Assembly (NCBI GenBank): GCA_965213925.1
Contig: OZ243927.1
Coordinates: 1,920,001 to 1,984,000 of the forward strand
Reading direction: 5' to 3'
Length of the DNA stretch: 64,000 bases
Source: Trueperaceae bacterium
GTDB lineage: Bacteria > Deinococcota > Deinococci > Deinococcales > Trueperaceae
Position numbers and translations under genes: made by a program. Below the pieces are notes generated by a model. It was not told the DNA's origin. It searched no databases and saw only the letters and a list, made by a program, of their open reading frames with translations. Of the stretch, positions 19,653 to 27,901 are shown in pieces. Position 1 is the stretch's first letter. Every line of letters begins with the position of its first letter.

Positions 19653-21203
19653 GTGGGTAACGCCGAACACGAGCAAAGCGGGGGGCAAGAAGTGTCTTCT
19701 GAGCGAACGCCGCCGCAGGCTAGAGCGCAAGTCTGGCTGCGCAACCTGCTCGCGGGGGTCTCGGTGGCGCTAGTATTGGTTCCGCAGTCGTTAGCCTACG
19801 CCGAACTCGCCGGTTTGAGCGCGCTGCACGGTCTCTACGCCGCTGCGCTGCCGCCGATTGCGGCGGCGTTTTTCGCCTCGAGCCCCTACCTACAAACCGG
19901 CCCGACCGCGCTCACGGCGATCCTCGCTTTCGGGGTTCTCTCTTCGCACTTCGCGCCCTCGTCGCCTGAGTACGTCGGCGCGGCGGCGCTTTTGGCGCTG
20001 CTCGTCGGCGCGCTCCGCGTCCTTTTGGGGCTCCTCAAAATGGGCGCGCTGGCGTACTTCATGAGCCAGCCCGTGTTGCGCGGTTTCACCTCGGCGGCGG
20101 CTGTGCTCATCCTCTGTTCGCAGTTGCCCACCGCGTTAGGGGTCGAGGCGGTGGGCGAGGGGATATTCTCGCGCCTCCTCTACACGTTCACGCACCTTAG
20201 CGCGTGGCAGCCTAGCGCCGCTGCGCTAGGCCTCGTCACGCTTCTTTTAGTTCTGGGAGGTCGCCGCCTCTCGCCGCTCTTCCCCGGCGTGCTCGCGGCC
20301 GCCTTGCTGGGTCTCGGCGTGTCCGCTCTGGGCTATTCCGCGTCCGTAGTCGGTGACGTCGGCGCGCCTTCTCTCGGCCTGAACTTGGCGCTTCCTTGGC
20401 ACGCCCTGCCCGAGCTTTTCGTCGGTGCGCTGGTCATCGCCGGGGTGGGCTTCGCGGAGCCGACCGCTATCGCGCGCGCGTACGCTGACGAGGCTGAGCG
20501 TTGGAACCCGAACCGTGAACTGGTCGCTCAAGGGGTGGCGAACATCGCGGCCGGGCTCGTGCAGGGCTTTCCGGTCGGGGGCAGCTTCTCGCGCTCGAGC
20601 TTGGGCAAATTAGCGGGCGCGACGAGCCGCTGGAGCGGTCTCGTCGCCGGGCTCGTAGCGTTAGCGTTTCTCCCCTTCGCCTCCCTTCTAAGCGCCCTGC
20701 CCCGCGCCGTGTTGGGGGCTATCGTCATCGCCGCCGTGGTGAACCTGCTCGAGCTTGGCGAACTCGTCAGGCTCTGGCGCTACGCCCGCTTCCAGGCGCT
20801 CACCGCCTACGCGACCTTCGCGCTGACCTTGCTGCTAGCGCCCCGCATCGACTACGCGGTCTTGGTGGGCGTCGCGCTCGCTGTGGGGCTGCACCTGTGG
20901 CGCGAGACGCAGCTCACCGTCCGCAGCAGCCGCCGCGAGGACACCTTGGTGGTCGAAGTGACCGGCGTGCTGTATTTCGGCTCGGTGCATAGGCTCGAGG
21001 CTGAGCGCCGAGCCCTACCCGACCTCGCCGGTCTCGATGTCGAAGAGGTCGTCGTGGACGGCGCGGGTCTGGGCCGCGTAGACATCAGCGGCGTCATGGC
21101 GCTCCGCACGTGGCAGCGGGAGGTCGAGCGCTCCGGCGTCCCGCTCCGCTTCATCCACTTGCAACCCCACGTGCGCAGGATGATGCGGCGGTTAAAGGAA
21201 TGA
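19653..21203 (+). CDS. SulP family anion transporter with STAS domain
   Basis: LVPQSLAYAELAG, GLYAA, NRELVAQG, GSFSRS, LYFGS...VDISG. Confidence 0.93.
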   Translation: MGNAEHEQSGGQEVSSERTPPQARAQVWLRNLLAGVSVALVLVPQSLAYAELAGLSALHGLYAAALPPIAAAFFASSPYLQTGPTALTAILAFGVLSSHFAPSSPEYVGAAALLALLVGALRVLLGLLKMGALAYFMSQPVLRGFTSAAAVLILCSQLPTALGVEAVGEGIFSRLLYTFTHLSAWQPSAAALGLVTLLLVLGGRRLSPLFPGVLAAALLGLGVSALGYSASVVGDVGAPSLGLNLALPWHALPELFVGALVIAGVGFAEPTAIARAYADEAERWNPNRELVAQGVANIAAGLVQGFPVGGSFSRSSLGKLAGATSRWSGLVAGLVALAFLPFASLLSALPRAVLGAIVIAAVVNLLELGELVRLWRYARFQALTAYATFALTLLLAPRIDYAVLVGVALAVGLHLWRETQLTVRSSRREDTLVVEVTGVLYFGSVHRLEAERRALPDLAGLDVEEVVVDGAGLGRVDISGVMALRTWQREVERSGVPLRFIHLQPHVRRMMRRLKE

Positions 21204-21312
21204 GCGTTTTTGTGGTGGGCTTGTATACGTATTGAGCTGACAGGGCGTCAAACCTCTGAACAGTAGTTTGACCCGGTACCTTTACACATCTACGACCTTG
21301 TAAAATAGACCC

Positions 21313-23004
21313 GTGGACGCCCTCATCCTCTTAGCGAGCTATCTCATCGGCTCGTCACCTTTGGGCAGCTTCCTCGTGGTTTGGGCGACGCGGCTCAAGC
21401 CGAGCGAGGTGACGGCGCACAACTTGGGCATCGAGAATGTAATACGCTTCGTCGGCGTGGGCACTGTGCTCGCGTCGTTCGCTGTGGATGTGCTTAAAGG
21501 CTTCGCGGTGCTGGCGCTTTTCGCAGGCAATCCCTGGGCGGCGCTCGGGGTGTATGCAGGTCATCTCTATCCGCTGACGTGGCTCTCTTACGGCGAAGTG
21601 CCGCGCGGCAGAGGGAGCGGCGTTTTCCTTGGCGTGCTTGTGGGGCTGTGGGTCTACACGGGCGTCCCTCTTTGGACCGTGCTCGCGCCGCTTGCGGTTT
21701 ACGCTACTCTCCTCGCTTGGCGTCGCTACGTCACGCTCGCGACGGTGGCGGGGCTCTTGACGCTCACCTTTACCCTCTCTCTACCCGCGACCTCTCAGCC
21801 TGCGCCGCTGACGCTCGTCGGAAGTCTTATCTTCATTTTAGGACTGTGGCGGCACAAGGTCGGACTCGCGCGGATTTTAGATCAGACGGAGCCGAAACTC
21901 GGCAAGCCACCCCCCGTGCGCGGCGTGGACCCGAACACTGTGACCGCCGCTTTTATGATTCACCCGCTGACGATGGACGACGTTTGGCAACCCGGCAGCT
22001 TGCGTTGGCTCGGCTTTTTAGGGCGGCGCGGCGTCGTTCCGCTACCCTTCATACGCCGCGCGCTGCGCCTCTTACGCCCGCAAAAACAGAGCGAGATGCG
22101 CGGGATTCGCCTCGCGGACGGGCGCGAGTTGCGCGTGATGATCCTCAGCGGTCCCTTGTTCCCCGAGCAGATTCGCCGCTACCCCGAGGAGGCGACGCGC
22201 TTGGCGGTCCAGGGGGCGCGGCTCGCGCACGAACTCGGTGCGGAGGCGTTCGGGCTGGGGGCGTTTTGGTCTACGGTAGGGGAGAAGGGGCTCAAAGTGC
22301 AGGAGGCGGTGCCGGAGATTCACATTACCAACGGCGGCGCGTACACGGCGGCGACGGTCAAGGCGGCGGTGCCGGGGCTCCTCAAACGGTTCGAGGCGGA
22401 GGGGGGCGGGCTGGGGCGCTCGAGCGCTGCTGTCGTCGGCGCAAATGGCGTCGTCGCGTTTGGCGTCGCCCGCACGATTGCCCCGGAGATAGCGCGGCTC
22501 ATCCTCATCGGGCGAGATAGAGCGCGTTTAGAGCGCAGCGCTAGAACGTTGCGCCGCAAATACCCCCACACGGAGATTGAGACAAGCACCGACGTCGCCG
22601 CGTGTGAAACGGCTGACCTCATCTTCACCGCCACCTCCGACCCCGCGCCCGTCCTGTTCGCCCACCACGTCAAACCCGGCGCTTGGATTTTCGACCTCGG
22701 GAGGCCCGCCGACGTGGACGAGGGCGTGCGCGAGGTCCCCGGCGTCCACATCATCCCCGGCGGCGTGGTGCGCCCGCCCGGTGAGATGCGCAGCCACCTC
22801 GACTTGCACTTCGGGGATGGTATGGTGCCCGCTTGTATGGCGGAAACGATGATCATGAGCGCGACGCGGGCGTTTCACCGCAAGTCGCTAGGGAGCGCGA
22901 CAAAAGGTGCCGATATCGACTTCTATTTAGAGGAAGGGGCGCGGCTCGGCTTCGAGATCGTGACCCGCGACGCGCGCGTCGCTAGCCCTAAGGAACTCGC
23001 GTGA
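21313..23004 (+). CDS. PlsY-like membrane acyltransferase domain fused to an acyl-ACP reductase-like Rossmann domain
   Basis: SYLIGS, DVLKG and GHLYP in the N-terminal TM domain; FMIHPL, GLGAF, TNG, VVGANG, GGVV and ACMAE in the C-terminal domain. Confidence 0.8.
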   Translation: MDALILLASYLIGSSPLGSFLVVWATRLKPSEVTAHNLGIENVIRFVGVGTVLASFAVDVLKGFAVLALFAGNPWAALGVYAGHLYPLTWLSYGEVPRGRGSGVFLGVLVGLWVYTGVPLWTVLAPLAVYATLLAWRRYVTLATVAGLLTLTFTLSLPATSQPAPLTLVGSLIFILGLWRHKVGLARILDQTEPKLGKPPPVRGVDPNTVTAAFMIHPLTMDDVWQPGSLRWLGFLGRRGVVPLPFIRRALRLLRPQKQSEMRGIRLADGRELRVMILSGPLFPEQIRRYPEEATRLAVQGARLAHELGAEAFGLGAFWSTVGEKGLKVQEAVPEIHITNGGAYTAATVKAAVPGLLKRFEAEGGGLGRSSAAVVGANGVVAFGVARTIAPEIARLILIGRDRARLERSARTLRRKYPHTEIETSTDVAACETADLIFTATSDPAPVLFAHHVKPGAWIFDLGRPADVDEGVREVPGVHIIPGGVVRPPGEMRSHLDLHFGDGMVPACMAETMIMSATRAFHRKSLGSATKGADIDFYLEEGARLGFEIVTRDARVASPKELA

Positions 23005-23798
23005 GCGTCTCGTTTCACATGCAGGGCGAGTTGGAGAACTTGGAAGCGGAGACCTCTTTACTGTGGGATTTACTGTGGGACGCAGGCTGTCTCGGCGTCG
23101 CGCAAGAGGGTGACGAGGTGGTGGCGTATTTTGCTGAGGTGGTTGCCCTGCCCCTCGAGGGCACCTGGCGAGAGGTTGAAGAGACCGATTATCTGGCGGC
23201 TTATTATGCAGAGCTTGAACCTGTTTATCTCGAGCACCTCATCGTCGCCCCCACCCACTGCGACATCCCCGCAGGTGAAACGCGCCGCGTCCTCTGGCTC
23301 GACCCCGGCATGGCGTTCGGGACGGGGCATCACGCGACGACGTATCTGGCGTTGGCTGCGCTCGAGACCTTCCATCTAGAAAACAAACGAGTTCTGGACG
23401 TGGGCGCAGGTTCGGGTATCTTAACCATCGCTGCCGACCTCTTGGGCGCAGCCGAAGCGGTCGGCATCGACATCGACCCCTTGACCTTGCCCGTGGCGGA
23501 GGAAAACCGAGCGCTGAACGGTTCGAAGGCGACCTTTCGGCTCAGCACGCTGGACGACACGGTCTCCGGAGGCTTCGATATCGTTACGGCGAACCTCTTC
23601 GCCGAACTGCACGTCGAGTTTGCGGCTGCGTATCGCCGCGCTCTGCGTCCAGACGGCTGGCTCTTGGCAACGGGGATTCTGGATGAGCGTTTGGCGCTGG
23701 CAGAGGAGGCGCTGAGCGCTCACCTTACGGTTCACTCGGTTGAATATAAAGAGGAGTGGGCGCTCATCTTGGCGCAGAGATGTGATGACGACATATGA
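23001..23798 (+). CDS. prmA: Ribosomal protein L11 methyltransferase
   Basis: LDPGMAFGTGHHATT, VLDVGAGSGIL, GIDIDP, ANL. Confidence 0.95.
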   Translation: MSVSFHMQGELENLEAETSLLWDLLWDAGCLGVAQEGDEVVAYFAEVVALPLEGTWREVEETDYLAAYYAELEPVYLEHLIVAPTHCDIPAGETRRVLWLDPGMAFGTGHHATTYLALAALETFHLENKRVLDVGAGSGILTIAADLLGAAEAVGIDIDPLTLPVAEENRALNGSKATFRLSTLDDTVSGGFDIVTANLFAELHVEFAAAYRRALRPDGWLLATGILDERLALAEEALSAHLTVHSVEYKEEWALILAQRCDDDI

Positions 23799-24508
23799 GA
23801 ATCCACCGCGTCTTTCTAAAGGAATTACAAGCAGGGGAGCGGACGCTCTCCGGTGCGGAGGCGCATCATCTCGCGCAAGTTTTGCGGGTTCAACCGGGGA
23901 CGAGGGTGAAAGCGTTCGACGGCTCAGGTTTAGAAGCCGCGGGCGAAGTTCAGGCGGTGGACGAACTGAGCGTCACGCTCCGCTTGGAGTCGCCGGAGCC
24001 GAGCGACGTAGAAGCTACCCTTAAACTCACCCTCGCCGTCCCGCTCCTCAAGGGCGACAAATTCTCCGAAGTCGTGCGGCGCGGCACCGAACTCGGCGCG
24101 GTGCGCTTTATCCCCGTTTTAACCTCTCGCTGTGACGTAAAAGTGCTCTCTGAGAATAAGCTGACGCGCTACCGCCGCGTGGCGAAAGAAGCCGCCAAGC
24201 AGTCGGGGCGGAGCGTCGTGCCAGAGGTGGAGCCCTTGCGCAAGTTGTCCAAGTTGGACTTGGGACCTCTTACGCTCGTCGCGCATCCTCGCTCCTCCGC
24301 GACCTTACAAGAGGTCATGAAGTCGAATGCCGACGCTTACGAAGAGGTCATGCTCGTCACCGGACCCGAAGGCGGCTTGAGCGAACAAGAGGTTGAATCT
24401 CTGACTGAGCAAGGTGCGAAGGGTGTGACCCTGGGCGCACGCATTCTCCGCGCCGAAACTGCGCCCATCGCGCTCACGGCGGCGCTCTTACTGCCGGAGG
24501 CTCTGTAG
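23795..24508 (+). CDS. rsmE: 16S rRNA m3U1498 methyltransferase
   Basis: HHLAQVLR, TELG, EAAKQSGR, GPEGG, LGARILRAETA. Confidence 0.95.
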   Translation: MRIHRVFLKELQAGERTLSGAEAHHLAQVLRVQPGTRVKAFDGSGLEAAGEVQAVDELSVTLRLESPEPSDVEATLKLTLAVPLLKGDKFSEVVRRGTELGAVRFIPVLTSRCDVKVLSENKLTRYRRVAKEAAKQSGRSVVPEVEPLRKLSKLDLGPLTLVAHPRSSATLQEVMKSNADAYEEVMLVTGPEGGLSEQEVESLTEQGAKGVTLGARILRAETAPIALTAALLLPEAL

Positions 24509-24606
24509 AATCTTGAACATGCTCGAGCGCCAAAAACTTCACAGAACACCCTCTTTCATCGACGCCACACACGCCCTCTAAGCTCAGCCCGTATGATTGA
24601 GGCGAC

Positions 24607-24987
24607 ATGAAACGAATTGCCGTACCGATACTCGCCCTTCTGCTCCTCTCCGCTTGCACGTATACCTACATCCCGCCCGTTCCCGAGGCGCGGACCCGCG
24701 AAGAGGTCTTTACCCTCAGCAGTTCGTCCGGTTTGGTGAGGGAGGGGGAGAGGCTCAGGCTGGACTTCGTGGTGGAGGAGGTGCCCGAAGCGGACTGGCT
24801 CGCGGTGCAGTGGTTCGCCCCGAACAACGACCAGGTCGCTTCGAACTCGGTGTGGATACCCGAATACGACCGGGCCACCGGAACGCTCTTCTCACCCGAG
24901 CGCGTCACCTTGCGCCCCGGCACGTGGCGGGCGGTGCTCTCGTTTCAGGGGCGCATCGTGCGGCAGTTCGCCGCGGTTATCGAGTAA
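24607..24987 (+). CDS. Small lipoprotein, hypothetical
   Basis: LSAC lipobox, then TYTYIPP and a beta-rich domain. Confidence 0.75.
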   Translation: MKRIAVPILALLLLSACTYTYIPPVPEARTREEVFTLSSSSGLVREGERLRLDFVVEEVPEADWLAVQWFAPNNDQVASNSVWIPEYDRATGTLFSPERVTLRPGTWRAVLSFQGRIVRQFAAVIE

Positions 24988-25006
24988 AAAAACTCCAAAA
25001 TAAACG

Positions 25007-25030
25007 GGGGCGGGTTTCGAAACCCGCCCC
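25007..25030. terminator. Perfect 24-bp GC-rich palindrome between convergent genes
   Basis: GGGGCGGGTTTC|GAAACCCGCCCC with A-rich flank. Confidence 0.7.
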
Positions 25031-25053
25031 TAAGCTCGCGATATCTTTTGCGT

Positions 25054-26295
25054 TTAGCGCCGCGACTGCGACACCCGTACGTTGGTTGTGCGTCCCGGCT
25101 GAATGTCGAACTCGCGGATGTGGGTCGTGAAGCCTGGCGCGGTGACTGTGAGCTGGTGTGTGCCCGTCGGCAGGTCGGAGATGGTAAGCCTCCCGCTGCC
25201 GTTAGGGATGGTGCCGTAGTCCTGCCCGTTGATGAACACCCTCGCGCCGCCGACGTTGGCTTGGACGCGCAACGTGCCCGTGCTCGAGCGAAGCTCCGCG
25301 CTGACCCGCCTGGTGTCGCCGCCGTTCACCGAGAAGCTCACCGCCGTATTCTCGTAACCCGAGTAGCGGAAGCTCGCCCTGTACTCGCCCGCGTTGAGCG
25401 TGACTGGACCCGTGGGCGTCGTGCCGACGAACTGACCGTCCACGTAAACGTCCGCGCCCTCCGGTTGCGAGGTGAAGCTCACGCTACCCGTGCGCCGCAC
25501 CCTCGAGAGCCCCGCGTCGACCTCTCTGGTTTCGCCGCCGCGCAAATCAACGGTTGTCGTGTAGGCGTCGTAACCGTCGCTCTCCACGCGCACCTCGTGC
25601 GTGCCCGAGGTCGTGCCGTAGCGCACCGGCGTGTAGCCGACGAAGCGCCCGTCCACATAGGCTCTCGCGCCTTCGGGCGACGAGGCGATGTCGAGCGTGC
25701 CGTAGCGCTGGGTGGCGGGGCGTCCGCCGACGTAAAAGAGCGCCGTGTCTGTGACCCAGTCGTCTTGAGGAAGCGGTCTCACGACGACCGAGAGTGACTC
25801 GGCGAATTCGCCTTCATCCGCGCTCGAGGTCCTAAAGCTCCCTTCTGACTCGAACTCCAAGAAGTCGGAGGTGTCCAAGGGGTCTAAGCTCGCCACCGCG
25901 AGCACTTTGTCCAAGCCGCGCGGTCCAGCGACCTGGAAGGTATAACGAGCGTCGGTCGGCGGAAAGTACTTCGTCTGGTCCGCCCGGACGAAGTTGTCGC
26001 GTCCATAACTGTCGACCTCGTTGGGAAGAATCTGCTGAATCTCGCCGTCGCTCTTGACGCTAAAGAGGTAGACGTACGCATCTTCACTCGTGCGCACGCC
26101 AATGCGGATGTCCTCGCCGACGTCGTAGCTCGGCACGCTCTGACCCGAGTCGTCTCTGTCAACAAAGACCTCGACCTCAAACGAAGGGTCGGGGTTGACG
26201 ATAATGGACTGCGGCGAGAAGACCGCGCCGTCATCTTGCGCGAAGCCGAAAGCTAAAAGTAAGAGGGGAAGGCTGAAGAAAAATTTCAAGTTCAT
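25054..26295 (-). CDS. Secreted DUF4384 + PEGA-repeat (S-layer-associated-like) protein
   Basis: Signal peptide, SPQSIIVNP, DAYVYLF...QILPN, and PEGA-type repeats (SSPEGARAYVDG, SQPEGADVYVDG); ATG 26295 has an AAGGA RBS. Confidence 0.85.
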   Translation of the reverse strand: MNLKFFFSLPLLLLAFGFAQDDGAVFSPQSIIVNPDPSFEVEVFVDRDDSGQSVPSYDVGEDIRIGVRTSEDAYVYLFSVKSDGEIQQILPNEVDSYGRDNFVRADQTKYFPPTDARYTFQVAGPRGLDKVLAVASLDPLDTSDFLEFESEGSFRTSSADEGEFAESLSVVVRPLPQDDWVTDTALFYVGGRPATQRYGTLDIASSPEGARAYVDGRFVGYTPVRYGTTSGTHEVRVESDGYDAYTTTVDLRGGETREVDAGLSRVRRTGSVSFTSQPEGADVYVDGQFVGTTPTGPVTLNAGEYRASFRYSGYENTAVSFSVNGGDTRRVSAELRSSTGTLRVQANVGGARVFINGQDYGTIPNGSGRLTISDLPTGTHQLTVTAPGFTTHIREFDIQPGRTTNVRVSQSRR

Positions 26296-26342
26296 GACCT
26301 GTTCCTTTCTATCAAAGTATCTAGCATAATAAGCACGGAACA

Positions 26343-26420
26343 CGTAGATATCATCTCTAAACGTGCGTGCTTATAGATGGTTTTTTGTCTAAGAACGTCG
26401 GTGACCAGATGATACCTGCT
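26343..26420 (-). repeat. ~78-bp MITE-like element, copy B
   Basis: Reverse complement AGCAGGTATCATCTGGTCAC...CAAAAA...GCACGTTTAGAGATGATATCTACG aligns end to end with 1388-1466. Confidence 0.75.
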
Positions 26421-26544
26421 AGGAGCGTAGCACAGCCACTTTCACGAGGATGTGGTGGTCCTAAAGGTCTCTTCATGGACGTTTGCTGCACATAATTTTT
26501 TGCAATCGTCCTTGGTGCACCGGTAATTAAGTTTTACAACACTG

Positions 26545-26719
26545 TGTCACCCCGAGCGTAGCACAGCGCAGTCGAGGGGTCTCGCCTTACATTCTCCGTT
26601 AGATAAGAAGGCGAATGCAGAGATTCTTTCATCGTTCATCCCCGAAAGGGGGCTCCACTTCGTTACGCAAGGCTTCGCGTCACTGCGTTCCCACTGGCGA
26701 CTTCGTGAATAGAATGACA
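26545..26719. repeat. TGTCA...TGACA-type palindromic intergenic repeat element
   Basis: TGTCACCCCGAGCG...GAGGGGTCTC ... GAGATTCTT ... AGAATGACA, resembling the widespread TGTCATCCTGAGCGAAG...CTCAGAATGACA elements. Confidence 0.55.
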
Positions 26720-26962
26720 TGGCTCATCTTTTAACTGACAGAGTACCGAACCGCTAAAACGTGCTCTTTTTCGCTTCTCGAGTCGCCCTAGACCCAAGAT
26801 GAACGAAGTCCCAACCTCACGCCTCGTTCTTCTCACGCCGCCTTCAGCCCTGCTCGCCATAATCCCTTTAAGCGCCGCCGCACGTCGGACGCCGCTCAGC
26901 TTGACAACTTAGCACGGGGTAAACTGGGCGTTATGCCTTTAAGACCCCATCCACGGAGGAAC

Positions 26963-27670
26963 ATGAAACGCAACCTGAATTTGAAAACTATCCTGACCCT
27001 TTTGGCGCTATTTGCGTTCGCCGCTGTTTCAGCGCAAGATTTGAACGCGGACGAGATTTTGGAGCGGTTGGAGAGGAAAGCCGAAGCCACCCAAGACGCC
27101 TCGACCCTCGTCACGGGCAGCCTCTACGATTCGGACGGTACGGAGATTCCTTTAGAGGTGGACGTGCAGTTCGTCGCCGACGAGCAGCTCACCCGCGCCG
27201 AGTTCTATCAGCCCGACGCGCTGGCGGATAACTTCGTCGTGGTGGACGGCGACGCCGTTTACAACTACCTCTACGTCACCAACCAGGTCACGATCCTTAA
27301 CGCCAGCGACCCCGACGCGCTCGGCTCGCTCTTCCCCGAAGTCGAGGACGAGGTCGAGGGGAGCTTTAACGCGACGCCCGACGTGAGCAGGCTCTTTAAC
27401 GGCTGGGACGCGACCGTCGAAGGCTACGGGGAGAGCCCCGCCGGGAACGCCTACCGGCTCCGCTTCGACGGCGTCAACGAGGGTCCCATAGACCACGTCA
27501 ATGCCGTGATTATCGACGGGGAGTGGTTGCCTTATAGCCTCGAGTTCGTCCAGGGTGATGGCAGCGTCCTGGCTAACCTCACCTTCGAAGATTACACCGT
27601 CGACAGCGGCTTAAACCCCGAAGAGCTGCGCCTCATCCCGCCCGACGCTGAAGTGTTTGACGACAGATAA
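26963..27670 (+). CDS. LolA-like outer-membrane lipoprotein carrier/sorting protein (alternative leaderless start 26933)
   Basis: Signal peptide, RAEFYQPDALADNFVVVDG..VYNY, C-terminal PPDAEVFD; RBS GGAGGA. Confidence 0.75.
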   Translation: MKRNLNLKTILTLLALFAFAAVSAQDLNADEILERLERKAEATQDASTLVTGSLYDSDGTEIPLEVDVQFVADEQLTRAEFYQPDALADNFVVVDGDAVYNYLYVTNQVTILNASDPDALGSLFPEVEDEVEGSFNATPDVSRLFNGWDATVEGYGESPAGNAYRLRFDGVNEGPIDHVNAVIIDGEWLPYSLEFVQGDGSVLANLTFEDYTVDSGLNPEELRLIPPDAEVFDDR

Positions 27671-27763
27671 GTAAGAACGCTGTAAGAGAGTTTCCTGTAC
27701 CTTAGCTTTGGGACGGACCCCACGCGGCGCAACGCGAAGACACCCGTCCCCTATCTTCAGCGC

Positions 27764-27787
27764 GAGCCTCCACCCCGGTGGGGGCTC
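27764..27787. terminator. Hairpin downstream of LolA-like gene
   Basis: GAGCCTCCAC...GTGGGGGCTC followed by TAAATTTT. Confidence 0.5.
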
Positions 27788-27797
27788 TAAATTTTGA

Positions 27798-27858
27798 GTA
27801 GGGACGACAGGACTCGAACCTGCACTGAACCGGTCTCTACCGATTGGGCTACGGTGAC
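27798..27858 (-). pseudogene. tRNA remnant lacking the anticodon arm
   Basis: Reverse complement ...CCG-TA-GCCCAATCGGTAGAG-ACCGGTTCAGT-GCAGGTTCGAGTCCTGT-CGTCCCTA; D-loop and T-arm intact, anticodon arm missing, acceptor stem unpaired. Confidence 0.6.
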
Positions 27859-27901
27859 TTCTGTTCACTGCAGGTCCACTAAAGCGGGGTAAACTAGGGT
27901 A

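Noticed and set aside
27710..27858. YrlA-type Y RNA (permuted tRNA mimic)
   Set aside because: The D-like arm precedes the T arm as in normal tRNA, not the permuted order, and no Ro60/rsr gene is nearby
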